Source: Octopus vulgaris (taxonomy: Eukaryota). From it: a DNA stretch of 64,000 nucleotides. The notes under the pieces are model-generated. The model was not told the DNA's origin. It saw only the letters and a list, made by a program, of their open reading frames with translations, and ran no database searches. The position numbers and the translations under genes are program-made. This document shows positions 12,757-26,654 of this stretch, piece by piece; within the stretch, counting starts at the first letter, position 1, and the number at the start of each line of letters is the position of its first letter. The stretch covers positions 50,158,001 through 50,222,000 of the forward strand of contig OX597815.1 in assembly GCA_951406725.2 (NCBI GenBank), in the 5' to 3' direction.

Positions 12757-13170
12757 TAGGCGCAGGAGTGGCTGTGTGGTAAGTAGCTTGTTTACCAGCC
12801 ACATGGTTCCGGGTTCAGTCCCACTGCATGCCACCTTGGGCAAGTGTCTTCTACTATAGCCTTGGGCCGACCAAAGCCTTGTGAGTGGATTTGGTAGACG
12901 GAAACTGAAAGAAGCCTGTCGTATATATGCATATATATATGCATGTGTGTGTTTATGTGTCTGTGTTTGTCCCCCTAGCATTGCTTGATAACCGATGCTG
13001 GTGTGTTTACATACCCGTAACTTAGCAGTTCGGCAAAAGAGACCGATAGAATAAGTACTGGGCTTACAAAAGAATAAGTCCCGGGGTTGAGTTGCTCGAT
13101 TAAAGGCCGTGCTCCAGCATGGCCGCAGTCAAATGACTGAAACAAGTAAAAGAGTAAAAGAGTAAAGAGT
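12757..13170 (+). mobile_element. SINE family A, best-preserved copy
   Basis: A-box-like gtggctgtgtggt, B-box-like ggttcagtcc, CORE-like caccttgggcaagt, internal (TA)/(TG) microsatellite and (gagtaaaa)n tail. Confidence 0.92.
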
Positions 13171-13333
13171 ACTGATATATTTTGACAGATAAATGGATAT
13201 ATTGTAGACACTCAAATAGATATCTAAAGACGTACAAAACCTATATACATACATATATGTGTGTGCTTGTGTGTGTGTGTGTGTGTGTGTGCATGTGTGC
13301 GTGTGTGCGCACGTGTGTGTGTATATATATATA

Positions 13334-13712
13334 TGATGGACTCTCCCATCAGTTTCGATGTATGAGGCTCTTTCTATGTCAGTCATAATGCTTATGTTGA
13401 ATGTGACATTTAAATCCACCAACGATTTGCAAAGAAGGCCACAGATGTTGCAACTATGAGGATTATGGTAGTTGCAACAAAGTTTTTAATACTATTTTGA
13501 CACAACAATCTCCATTTTGTTCATTCCAAGGCTGTTCGCTCAAAAGTGTTGTGAGCTTTCTTCATCTCTCAGAGGTTGCTCTTTAGCTTGTTCTTATATA
13601 TGAGCCATGGTCGACCAGCATTCCTGTACCCACTCTAAAGCTTCCTGGACATGAGGACTTTCGGTATTCTTTCGTCACTCATTCTGATGACATGACCAGC
13701 CCAGTGCAATTG
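13334..13712 (-). mobile_element. RTE/BovB-like LINE 3' fragment
   Basis: Minus-strand translation LHWAGHVIRMSDERIPKVLMSRKL*SGYRNAGRPWLIYKNKLKSNL..., followed by a C-terminal CNICGLLC..H..H zinc-finger-like motif. Confidence 0.75.
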
Positions 13713-13713
13713 T

Positions 13714-14529
13714 GAGGTGGAAATCCATTGGTGCCAAATCAGGAGAGGGCATTTGAATGGCTTCCTTGGTCATATTGGCGATATTAGGGTGAGTGTTGTC
13801 GTGCAGCAGAAGAACTCCATGCTGACAATTAGGTCTTTTCTTCTCTTGAATAGCCGTGTTGAGTCATTCCATCTGTTGAACATAGAGTTCCAAGCAATTC
13901 GTAATGGATAATCCCTTCCCAGTCCCACCATACGCACAACATTGTTTTACATGGATGAAGATCTTGTTTAACGTGCGGTGTCGCTTGTTTACTGAAGTTA
14001 AGCCATTCCTTACACTGCTTCATATTGATGTACAGGCACAATTGTTCATCGCCAGTAATGATTCAGTAAAAAATTCATTGCTTGTGTCCATGAATTGAGC
14101 AGTGATGAGCAAGCAAACCAGTGGAGATTGGGGCTCGTTGATTTTTGTTGTTGTCACTTAAAGTATGCAGAACTCATGCTCCATACTTCTGAACCTTTCC
14201 CATTGAATGAAGATGCTTCTCTATAGCAGTGTGGGAACATTCCACTTTCTCTGCCAGTTCCCTTGTAGTTTGACAAGAATTTTCGTACAAAAGTTGGTTT
14301 AATCGCTCTTCAGCGAACTCAACTAGACGGCCAGAACGATGTTGTCTTTGAGGTTAACATTTCCATTTTTGAACTTGGCTTACCAATCACGAACAGTTCT
14401 TTCAGTTATGGCACCCTCTCCATACAAAGCACAAATGTCACGGGCAGCTTTTGCAGCCTTAGAACCTTGATTAAAAGCCAAAAGAAGGAGGTATCGAAAA
14501 TGCTCATTTTTCTTAACTTGACATTCTAT
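13714..14529 (-). pseudogene. Mariner transposase pseudogene, 3'-truncated
   Basis: ECQVKKNEHFRYLLLLAFNQGSKAAKAARDICALYGEGAITERTVRDW*..., LHPCKTMLCVWWDWEGIIHYELL, GVLLLHDN and SPDLAPMDFHL, with stops and frameshifts. Confidence 0.92.
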
Positions 14530-14869
14530 TTTAAGGATCTGAAAACAAACAAAAATTAACTAAAATTAACTAGGAAAAAAAAAAAAGATTTCAAAATGAT
14601 TCAAAATAGAATTCTTGAAAAAGATAGATTGACAATGCTGAAATGTATTTGAAACAACGGACAACAGTCGAAATATCATAATGGATATGTAAATAAGCAT
14701 CCTTAAAGTGAAACAATGTGCTGGCAGGTAAATAAAGGTATCAACAAATAGAAGAGAGGGAAGGGAACATCACGTTTCAAGTAACTCAGAATAGGTAAAG
14801 CTTGCCAAAGTTTGATGCAGTTTAAATATGGAGATTAAGATTTTTTAGAACTGGATATTCATCGTGTAC

Positions 14870-15442
14870 AGTGTTCCTAGTCAATTTGTGGCATATGGAC
14901 AGTTGAAATAAGTAAATAAATAAATAAATAGACAAAATCCTTTCATTTTTATAAAAAGATTAAAAATGTATGGAAGACCCTACATACAAAAAAACTGTCC
15001 ATTTACGTCCATGGAGCTCTGGGCAAAATGTTTAGTGCATGGCCATCCTTGGGACATAAGTAATGTGTGTGTAAAGTTTGGTGAAAATCGGTTGTGAATT
15101 GTGGAAATGTATGTGTTCAGCGTGCCTTGTCAGTTTAATCAGTATCACTGGTGGACAGTGGAGATAAATAGACAAAACCTTTCACTTTTATAAAAAGATG
15201 AAAAAAGTATGGAAGATCCTACAGATTATAAAACAGCTGATTAATACAAATGAATAGGAATCATCTGTTGTTGGTTTCCCATCGCTCTAGAGATCCAAAA
15301 ATCGATTTTTAAAAAAAATTTTATGTAGTCTATGTTCGGGTCTGGGATATGAAGCAGATGTGTATAAAATTTTTAAGAAATCGGATGAAAGATGTAGTAG
15401 TTATTGAGGCACATTAAATTTTTGTACACACACACAAACATG

Positions 15443-15473
<31 letters not shown>

Positions 15474-15533
15474 ACAAGCACACACATACACACACACAGA
15501 GAAAACTTCAATTTTATAGATATTAGATTAGAT
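14870..15533 (+). mobile_element. Non-autonomous Helitron/Helentron-like element (DINE-1/Lep1-like architecture)
   Basis: Internal ~62-bp direct repeats (14921-14984, 15163-15224), two gtgt.taaa.ttt...aaatcgg.tg motifs, a (CA)n tract and a terminal ttttatagatattagattagat. Confidence 0.4.
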
Positions 15534-15627
15534 ATTAGGCTTTCAGAGATGTATCTGCCATAGCCACGATACACAGATTACAATTTTAAACTAATTCTGC
15601 TTCATAATAAATGTATCTATTCATATG

Positions 15628-15668
<41 letters not shown>

Positions 15669-15979
15669 ATATATTAAAGATTATTTCGAAGTAGCATAGA
15701 GTTACCTTTAATTCCTTTATATATATATATACTGTTTCAAATAGACCTACACATGTTTCTTCTGCATCACTTAGTAACTCTGACAATTTCAGAGTTATTT
15801 GTAAGAAACTATAAATTCAGTGAAATACTTTATTAGCTCTCTGTTAATACACCAAGCTAACAATATTGTCTAGATTAGTAAAGAACGGCATATTCTCATG
15901 GCAAGGTCTGAGGTTGTAGCTCATCACCACTCTATATTGTAAATCCATGGTTGTGTTCCATTTATAATGGTTTTTTCAC

Positions 15980-16146
15980 AGACAAGGCATAAATACTGGC
16001 CATGATATATTTTTCTTTATTGTAGTAAATTTGACTTACAGCTGTTTCCAGTAGTCATTATAGGTTTGTCATTGATAGGTTTATTCAATATGCCCATTTA
16101 CTACAATAAAGAAAAATATGTAGTGACCATTATTTCTGCCTTGTCT
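15980..16146. repeat. Inverted repeat / small MITE (~51-bp arms, 65-bp spacer)
   Basis: agacaaggcataaatactggccatgatatatttttctttattgtagtaaat versus the reverse complement of 16096-16146. Confidence 0.8.
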
Positions 16147-18998
16147 ATAAAGCTTTGGCTGGTGAAAATATTTTAGTTTAGAAGTTTGGAATTAACTTGT
16201 CTTAATCTAGATTTAGTATCTCAGAGGAGAGGAGCAAATTTATTATTGTTGATGTTATTACATTTCAGTCATTTAATCTCTCTTTTCACATAATATGGAA
16301 AACAGATATGTTTCTGGGCATATATATATATATATATATATGCATGCATATGAATACATGGATATAATGTGAACACATCTTTTCACATAAGTTTTGTATA
16401 GGGAGGATGAGGAAGTACCCAAAGCATATGCAAGTCTTTCCAAATTAAAGAGATAATGGAGTTAAAACTCAGCCTATACACTGGTATCTCAATGTTTAAC
16501 AGAAAAAAATATAAGCAGGTAACAGAGCTAGAATCTGGTTCAAATAATTGCAGCAGAGTGAACTTCACTTAAGGCATTCAAAAACCAGGTGGTGATGTTC
16601 AACCAGGCAGCATATTAGGACTACATGTCACTTGCAGAAGACAGATATGTACAAAGTAAATACAAAGTCTAACTATTTATCTATTTATATATGTGAAAAA
16701 CACAAAGAAAGACGTTAAAATAATGCAGCTGACAAATGTTTATTCAAACAAGGTAATCATACAGACCACACAAGATATAAGGGTACATGACTGTTTACTC
16801 AAAAAGGGAATCTAATTTATTTTCTTCTAATACTACTATATTTATCATTGATTCTGTTAAAATATTCAGGGTACATTATTAAAAATTATTTACAAAAGAC
16901 TAGCTTTCCTTTTAATAGCTTGGAGTCTGTTAGCCATTTATCACTTGCTAGGGTCAACTTTTCCTTTCATCTCTAGGGAATTAATAGAATATGCCAATGC
17001 AATCAAGTATACTTCATATCATCACAAAACAGATGGAAAAAAAGAGCTTGTAAATACATTCGTAAATGCAAAGACATTGGTATGTCTTTTTTACTTGCCA
17101 CAAAAATAAAGAAGTGATTGAAGAATATGACTAAAGCTTGTCTGTAATGAATAGCTGATGTACTTTAAGAATGGGATCAAGTTCCTTAAGTAATTGCACA
17201 TGGAAGCAACAAGTTAACCTGATGTTATCTCACTTATTTATCACACTGATTATTCAAAGTATAGATAGAGGAACAAGAATTAACTGATAGCCTAAGTAGT
17301 TAAGAACCCCAAAAACTAATTCTAATATTATATATACACACATATATAAATACAAACACATACATATGTACATAAACACACACACACATATGAATAATAT
17401 GTGTTTTGCTTCAGATGGCGATTTACCATTAAAGGGAAGAAAATTTCTTCCAGGTTAAACTAAGTTAAGTTGAAGAACATGTGTATCTAACCTTCAATTT
17501 CTTTGCAACATAAATGTCTTGTGGCACATGCATCATAACAGTTTGATCCCACACCACTGTCATTCAAACACAAATACCAATACTAAATTCTATTCTTTTA
17601 AATAACAAATAATTCCTAAAATATGATCTGAAATTGTTTTTACTTTTCTTTCTCCACCCTATCCCACTCCCATAAAGGCTTCTGTGAAAACCTTCTCCAC
17701 CAGATTCCCACCCATTTTATAATTGACTTTGAACTTATCAAATTAGCCCTGTCAAGGTTTTTGAGAGAATGGGCAGAAATGTAAAAAAAAACAATAAATA
17801 AAAAAAAATTAAAAGAAGCAGCAAAACATTTCAAATATTTAAAATAAACAACAAAACACCAAAAATATTGACGAGGCACTATCGAAATTAATTCTTATTA
17901 CCATCCACTTTTAATTGCTTTCATTCCAAAATGTAAAATGAAATTCAGTTTCAAAAATTCCTTTACTTTATATCTTTGTTGAAGATTTTGACAATGGTTA
18001 ATAAAATTTTTGACAAAGCTTACTTTGTGTATTGAAATGTGCTTGATAATATTTACTTCTTTCTTTTACCTTTATTTTCTTTTTTTTTTTTTTTTTTTTT
18101 TTTTGAAGTACTTCAGATATCAGCAATGTAATTTATCTCATGCACTTCATCTGATACTTAATATAGTGATGCCTACCCAATACTATTGCACTTTATCTAA
18201 TACAAACATTCATCAGAAACATTAATTTTAATTAACAAGTTATATAAAATGGAAGTATTACTTTAGATGAGATTGAGAAAAGTAAAAAAAAAAAAAGTAT
18301 ATGTTTGTTTGTTTTTACATTTTAAATAATTTCATTTCTTCTTCATTAAATAAATTTTGTTGATATTTTAAATAAAGAAATCTAAAGAAAGAAGGTTGTT
18401 CATTTGAATTGATTCCATTTTACAAGGAAGGAAATAATAGTTATGTTTTCAAATGTTTGCATGATCACTTCACATAAGGTGTAAACACAGAATTAATTTT
18501 ACTTTATCAATTAGTTATGGCTTGTTGGTTGCCATTACAACCATATATTTTTTTTATCAGCATAACCACCAACACCAAGACCTCTTTTCTTATTTATTAC
18601 TACTAATATCAACACAATCACAACTATTGTCATAATGTCTCTGTCTTTTTTTTTTGTTTGTTTTATAAGCTAGAAAGTTTGTTGTTGTTATTGTTGATGC
18701 TTGTTTGTTGCTTCATTATGTTGTTGATTTCTGCAGTGTCCAATTAACTAAATAGACATGAGGATTAACAGCTTTAACAATTAACAAAATTCATAAACTT
18801 AACAAGATGAAACAATGATAAAAATCACATGTCTTTGTATGGTGAGGGAGTGGAGAGTGAGAGAGGCTGGGAGAAACAGTTACAGACAGAAGAAAAATAT
18901 AGAGGAGGGTAAGCAAAAGAGACAGAAACAGCTAAAGAAAAACAAAAAGAGAGAACCGAAAGAGACAAAAAAGAAAGAGCAGCATATAGAAAAGAAAC

Positions 18999-19368
18999 AG
19001 AGACAGTCAGAAAGATAGATAGAGAAAAGGTAGACAAACAGACAGACACAGAAAGACAGGCAGATGGACAAAGAGAGAGAGAGAGAGAGAGGTGGGAAAA
19101 GGGAAGAAAGAGGTATATATATGGAGAGGGAGGGAGAGATAGACAGACAGTCTTCATATATCTATAGAGACAGATAAACAGATAAAATATAGAGATATTC
19201 AGAAAGAAAGACAGAGAAAGGGTAGACAAACAGACACACAAAGAGACAGGCAGACAAGCAAAAAGCAAGAGGGGTGGGACAGGAAGAAAGGAGCATATAT
19301 ATATATAGAGAGAGAGATGGACAAACAGTCTCTATATAACTATAGAGACAGATAGACATACAGAATAT
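18999..19368. repeat. Purine-rich tandem duplication (~185-bp unit x2)
   Basis: The cagaaaga...ggtagacaaacagaca...gacaggcaga...ctatagagacagata blocks are repeated. Confidence 0.6.
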
Positions 19369-19676
19369 GCAAACAGATAAACAGACAGAGAGACAGAAAG
19401 ACAAACCAACTGACAGGTACACACTAGAAAGAGAACCAATTCCTCACAGTTAGATTTAGAATTGGCTATTTCCATTTTTTTTTAATGTTCAGTAAGTTTT
19501 TTTGTATTCTTGTATATTTATCTCTCGTTATTTTCTTAGTTCACAAGTCAGGAAAGGCTTCTTTCTTCTTTTTTTTTTTGATTATAGTGAGTAGCCATTT
19601 TGTATTGGCCAAATGACACATGTCTGAAGGTTGTAGGTTTGCAGGAAAGAAAATGGGCAATGACAGGCCAAAGAGA

Positions 19677-20110
<434 letters not shown>

Positions 20111-22340
20111 GTAGTAAACAACAAAACTAAAATGAATGGAAACAAGAGGAGAATTTTATTTGGTATGCAAAGAGCAAAAAGACGGTGTATATACATGTGT
20201 CCAGGGAGTTTTCTAATGTTCCTAAGACCATCACAATATAGAATAAAAATGAGAAACTATGTAAACTGCTTTCCCATAACAGATTCCAGCCAGATATTTT
20301 GAATATGGGTTCTGACATATAATTGGAAGAACAGAAGACTCATGGATCTGACAAAGCTCAGGTCAATAGGAGTGAGATAGAGGCTTTTATTTTGGCACAA
20401 GGCTATCATTAAGCTAAAACCTATAATGTTTGCAATGTTGGTTGTAACAGTTTCCAAGAATTGAAGTTTTTCTCATGATCGGCAACTGTTATGTCCTGAA
20501 ATGGACTGACTACATACCACCATAACATACTTTACCATTGTTGGAAGACACCCATGTCTGTTAGCAGGGGGTTTTTTTCTTGTTGGCTTTTGTTGTTTTT
20601 TTGTTTTGGTGAGTTGGGTGTTTTTATCATTTGTGTTAAAGACATGATGAGACACATTACATTGATAGTTACCACTTAATAGGTGTTTGCTGGATGACAT
20701 TTGATGATGATCATTATTCTTTCAGAACATAAGCTATGGGAAACAGCATCTGTAAACAGTGTGCTTTGATTAGCAAATAGAAAAATCAGGCAACAACAAA
20801 GACATTGCATCTGACAAGATGATTTCCTCTTGTATAAGTTTACTTTAAACATTGTAAAAAGAAGTAAAAGGGGGAAAAAAGAACAATACAAAAAATGAGT
20901 AGGAAGTTAAACATGATTAGGGTGTAATAGAAAAAACAAACTAAACTAAGTAAAGTGTTTTCTCTTTGTCTAAAACTTATTTGTAAAGGAAAGTGAGAAG
21001 CAGTTCAATCTTGGTTTGCAGCAGATATTTCAATTTACTTATAGTTTGTATTTATAGAATAATGAAAATAGGAAATAATAGAGTTGTATGGAAAAGAAAC
21101 AAATGTAACAACTATGTGACGACTGAACATAGACAAAAATAAAAACAAACATAAGAACATTGTCAGTATAAAGCAAAATAATGCTGTATCTTAAACAAAG
21201 TAAAAGAAAACTACAAATAATCAGAAGAAAGAAAGAGTAACAACAGCAGACAATAAAAAAAAAACAACATAAAATAGAAAGTTTTTCAAATAAATATATT
21301 AGATTCCAGAATCTCTTTGTTTTGTGAAAATGAAGTAGGGAATCATTGAAATGTCATTATCCCTATATTGTCACACCTATAAGTAACAACTAAATTAAAT
21401 TGATTAGATCTCTGCAAGAGAAGCGGAAGCAAAACAAAAGAAGAAATAATTCAACTAAATCAACTTCTAAATCACCGTCTTGAAGTCAATAAGATATTTC
21501 ATTCAAGTGACTTTGTGCGGTATTCAGTGTTTAATTACAAAATATTCCATCCAGGCTATTGTAGATCTCTTGATAAAATCAGGCTAATTAGAGACAAATT
21601 CTATGTTCGTACTAATTGTTTCCAATCTAAGTTGTAAACATTTAATCATCCATTAAGGAATATTTCTGCCTGAAGAGTATGGAAATTGAATTTTCTCAAT
21701 CCTATAATAATATAGGACATTAGAGATATTTCACATTTTGTTAAAGCCTTTTATGAGATTAGATTAAAATCTGTAGCCAATATTTTCATATTTATTCCAT
21801 TGCTGTAATTCGTTCTTTTGTTTCAATGTGTTTCCCACTCAGCACGTCTCCTTTAATGCCACTATCTAAATTACTAAAATAATTAACGATAAATACAGAT
21901 TGTTAATTACTAATAAATTTTCATGAAAATGTTTCATTTATGTGCATAATTATTGCAGTCAATGCTAATATAAGCTCATAAGAGTTGTGTACTATGATAT
22001 GATAACTACAGAAGATCGAGAAAGAAACCATTGTAAGACACAAATGAACGAGCTAAGACAAAAATATCAACAAAATGCTAAGTATTCTTCTTATCTGTTT
22101 CTTTCATTAGATTGCGCAATTCACAGCAAAAAAATACTGAAAATATTTTGCTATTGTTCTATATATTTTTTGTTTTTCATAAGTGTTACACCTGTGTATT
22201 AAACACATATAGACATACGTGCATACATATACATGTATGTATGTATATTCATATATACATACTTGTTTATGTGTGTGTGTGTACATATATATATATAATG
22301 TATGTATGTATATGCATATATACATACTTGTATGTGTGTG

Positions 22341-22380
<40 letters not shown>

Positions 22381-22796
22381 ATGTTTTATTCTTTTATTAT
22401 TTTACAAGTTGCAGAGACTGGGATTGCAACCATACTGGATATTAGCTTCAAACATTTAATCGATCATATCAACTTCAGTCCTTATTTCAACTAGGTACTT
22501 ATTTTATCATTCTCTATTTGTTAAACTGATAAGTCGTGGCACATTAAAGGACATACCCTAAACAACTTGAAAATAACACATATGTAAAAGATATAAAGTT
22601 TGATTACAGTATCAAAAAATATACAGCATTTATGACAGTCATTATATATTACATATTCAAAATATTATTTTTAACTTGGTTGTAATAGACAGACTTTCAG
22701 CTGTTTTAAACACCAGCCTTTCTCAGGTGCTTATCATATTCAGTAATAGTCTTAGAGTTTCAAACTGAACCCTTTGTTGAATCAACAGGATTATTC

Positions 22797-22995
22797 TCAT
22801 CATCATCATCGTTTTAATGTACACTTTTCCATGCTTGATGGAGTTCATTAGGTCAGATTTTCCCAGTCCGATGCCCTTCCTGTCATCAACCCTCACCTGC
22901 TTCCAAGCAAGATCCTATCTCTCCATGGCCAGACATATTCTTGCAGACTATTGGAGATGAATGACATTAATTTATAATAATCACACAATGGAGAC
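22797..22995 (-). mobile_element. RTE-tailed SINE/LINE 3' fragment
   Basis: (cat)n tail then cacttttccatgcttg...gatgcccttcctgtcatcaacc. An inverse copy lies at 27415-27580. Confidence 0.55.
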
Positions 22996-23003
22996 ATAAG
23001 CAT

Positions 23004-23035
<32 letters not shown>

Positions 23036-23082
23036 CTTTATATATATATATATATATCTTTATATATCTTTATATATATATA

Positions 23083-23118
<36 letters not shown>

Positions 23119-23174
23119 TATATATATACACATACATATATACATACATACATTATATATGTGTGTGTGTAAAA

Positions 23175-23211
<37 letters not shown>

Positions 23212-23519
23212 CATACATACATACATACATACATTATATATGTATGTGTGTAAAAATGTATATATATATACATTTATATACATGCACGCCCACACATACA
23301 CACATGCATGCACACACACACACACACACACACACACACCAAGCTTCTTTCCCCTTCCTTCTGACAAATCTTTTGATGAGGCTTTGATTGATCTATGGTT
23401 AGGCTATAGTAGAAGCCACTTGCCCCAGAAGCTAAGCAGTGGAACTGAACTCAAATCCATATGGCTGGGAAGCAAACTTCTTAACAATAGAGTCATGACT
23501 GTGTTGTGTAGGTTATATA

Positions 23520-23985
23520 TTTTTCTTCTTACACCTAGTGTTTCAGTTATTACTCCTACTATTTTCAGTTTCCTGTCCCACATCTAGTTAATTTCAGTTC
23601 TAAGACTTTCATACTTTGACAGTTTCTTCATCTCTTATGGGGCACTGTTTTGATCAGATGAGATTGAAATATGTATTAGTGTCAAAAATGTTTGTTCCGT
23701 TACTTCATTATCATCTTTGGTCTCTTTGTCAATCTAGACATATCTGTCTCAGATGACTCAAGCCAGTTTATCACCATAAACCATTTCTGGTACTTGTTTA
23801 TACCGTTTCTTATCCATTTTCACATCAAAGTGTTGGCATCTTGCCCAATGGATAGAGATGCTAATTCAACCATGTCAATGAATTTACTTCGCCTTGGCAG
23901 AGAATGGGCAACCAAAAATGGTATGGGCAGCCATCCCATTGTACTAGTAGCAGAGTCTGTACTTGGTGTTAGTATCTTTTTGCAT
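23520..23985 (-). mobile_element. R4/Dong-like LINE fragment (CCHC + RLE domain), old
   Basis: Minus strand: KYRLC...AHTIFGCPFSAK...IHWARCQHFDV...RPKMI...ISISSDQNSAP*EMKKLSKYESLRTEIN*MW...[10 protein letters not shown]. Confidence 0.65.
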
Positions 23986-24105
23986 TATTTTAATTTTTTA
24001 GGGGTTTAATTTTTGTGTGTGGTTAAATCTTGTTGGTCCTCTACTCTGTCAATATACCTGTCTTTTCCCTACCCACAAATTTCTGGCTTTGTACCAAGAT
24101 TAGAA

Positions 24106-24137
<32 letters not shown>

Positions 24138-24173
24138 CATTATTTATTGTTGTTGTTGTTGTTACTATTATTA

Positions 24174-24377
24174 AGGTGGTGAGCTGGCAGAATTGTTAGA
24201 AGGCTGGACAAAATGCATAGTGGCATTTTATCCATCTTTACATTCTGAGTTTAATTTCTGCCAAGGTCGACTTTGCCTTTCATCCTTTCAGGATCGATTA
24301 CCAGTCATGTACTAGGGTTGATGTAATAGACTTGTTCCTCCCAAAAAATTTCAGGCCTTGTGCCTACGGCATAAAGG
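24174..24377 (+). mobile_element. SINE family B
   Basis: aaggtggtgagctggcagaa...gccaaggtcgactttgcctttcatcctttcagg. Lies between (TTA)n tracts. Confidence 0.75.
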
Positions 24378-24405
24378 ATTATTATTATTATTATCATTAT
24401 TATTA

Positions 24406-24445
<40 letters not shown>

Positions 24446-24470
24446 TATTATTGTTGTTGTTATTGTTACT

Positions 24471-25281
24471 ATACTTCTCAGAGTGCTCGGTCTTGTTTGC
24501 TCTGGTTGATTCTGTGAGAGCAGACAACAGTCTATTGTCAGAAGGTCTCTTTCCACAGGGTCTCACAGGGTCTCTTTCCACACGTCATAAACTTTGATAC
24601 CTGGTTGTAAATTATCATGGAAGATATTCAATATTCAAGTACCAATCTCAAAATCTTAGCTGTCCCCAGCAGTTTTGGGGGCTTGCTCTACTCTCATGTC
24701 AATTCTGATTTCTCTAACATATTTCTCAAACATAGTTATTAGTGCTCTGAATGCCCCTACAACTACTGGAATGACAGACACTCTCCTCATAGTCCACATT
24801 TTTGCAATTTCATCTTTTAGTTGTGTGTACTTTACAACCTTTTCTAATTCTTTGTCACTTATGTGTGCATGCCCAGGTATTGCAATATCTATAATCTCGG
24901 TTTCCTTTTTTCCTTTACCTACCACAATATCTGGTCTCTGAGCATCGATTAGGAGTCACATTGGGTTGTAAAATCCCACAGTATCTTATATTCCTTGTTC
25001 TTGAGGGCTCCCTCTGGTTCTTGTTCATACCATTTCCATGCTCTGTCCAGATTTACTTTTCACATAGCCTCCAGTGGACAAACTTAGCCATGTTACTGGG
25101 CCTCCTTTTGTAGTACTTTTGGGCTAGCTTGCTATACTCACTCACAATATGTGAGATTGTTTCTTTTTGCTGCCACACATCCTGCAAAGGGGCAATTCAC
25201 TGCTCTTATCTATTTGGAATTTGGTGTAATTAGTTCTTGGGGCTTGTTCCTGGGTGCCACATACCAATGCCTCAGTGCATC
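24471..25281 (-). mobile_element. R4/Dong-like LINE, 5'-truncated, with RLE domain and 3' UTR
   Basis: TEALVCGTQEQAPRTNY...CRMCGS..ETISHIVSE...VHW, then RPDIVV...IIDIAIP...KELEKVVKYTQLKDEIAKMW...VIPVVVGAF. Flanked by TAA repeats. Confidence 0.85.
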
Positions 25282-25916
25282 TTATTATTAACTACTTTTG
25301 TAAATATGGAACTCTTTGTTAATCTAGCAGATATTCTCCACTAACTTGTATATATGCTATGTTTGCAACAATTTCAAAACAAATGCAAAATGATCCACTA
25401 CACTTTCTACATTGCACATGAGATTATTAAATGATGCTCTGGTTATTGACTTCTTATATGATAGGTTTTACTATGCTAATCGTGATTCTGAAATAACAAC
25501 CTTGTTATTAACATACAAAACCCATTCCTGAATTACACTGTGACTGTATCCATAAATGGAATGAATAAGGCCTCAATTCAGAAATTTAACACATAGCACT
25601 GAATACAAAATTCTTCAATGTCTAATTTCAAACATATCCCTAAATCTAGTATCTTTTTATTTGGTACTTGCTTTGTATGGTGTATGTAGCAACGTTAGGT
25701 TTACATTTAAAATCCCTTTGATGTATGCTTCACCATCTTCATGGATTGTTCCATATACAGGCACAGGCATGACTGTGGTTAAGCTCATTTTGCAACCATG
25801 AGGTCCTGCATTATTGAACATACAAAGAATTCATATCATCATTGATGCAAAGTAGTCTCTGTTCTGCTGAGCTCTCCTCAGTCTGTTTTGTTATGTCTAC
25901 TGCTATCTGTTTACAT

Positions 25917-26150
25917 CAATAGTTCTCAACTGGGGTCCACTTGACCCTTGTGGGGTCCATATAAGATTTTATTAAACTGGTTATATTTCTACATTACACA
26001 AAATATTTTAACAGTTTTTTTATACAATTCTTAATAATATTTAATCGTAAAAACATAATAGGGATTTTTAGACATTGAATGGCTATGAGGCCCCTGAGTA
26101 AAATAGGAACCAAAGGGGCCCATAGATTAAAAAATGTTTGAGAACCACTG
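25917..26150. mobile_element. hAT (Charlie-like) MITE
   Basis: Termini caatagttctcaa / ttgagaaccactg (CAGTGGTTCTCAA type). Imperfect 8-bp TSD gtttacat/gtttagac. Confidence 0.7.
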
Positions 26151-26654
26151 GTTTAGACAACTGAAAGCAGTCAGTGAGGTTTCCATCTTCGTCCCCATTT
26201 TTGCTTTCTCTCCATTTGTTTCCCCGTGGTTTATCCAATGATAAAGCAATTTTCTACTGACTTGTATATCAGTAAGGTCTTCTTGATTTTAGTTTAGAGG
26301 TTGTGATTGCTGCATTTGGTTATTTAATACAAAGGTGGGACAATAATTGCTTCTTTTTTTAAAACAATCGTGCAGCATTTGACTTGTCTCCTTTTTGTAG
26401 GGGTGAGGTGTAGCAAACACACCCATTACTAATAGCTAACTAAATACGTAGGTTAAATAGCAGCTGTTAGAATCTGCATCATTTCATTTTCATCAGTTTT
26501 ATTTGTATTGACACTACATGTTCATACAAGAGACTAGTATTCACCTATATGATAGCATAAGGCTAGATGCTCATTGCAACACAGACAAATTTCAATGACA
26601 AGGAAGAGAAGTTCAAAAATCTCTCAAAGCCACAAAGTCTCTTATTTTATAGGC

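Noticed and set aside
20127-20520. Coding-like unique stretch after the TA tract
   Set aside because: Stops in all frames examined, no recognisable domain and no clear splice sites.
22685-22735. Minus-strand CUGAGAA-GGCUG...CAGCU-GAAA hammerhead-like motif
   Set aside because: The core lacks a base and stems I and III do not form; at most a dead relic.
23692-24009. 105-aa plus-strand ORF
   Set aside because: It is the antisense of a decayed R4/Dong-like LINE fragment.
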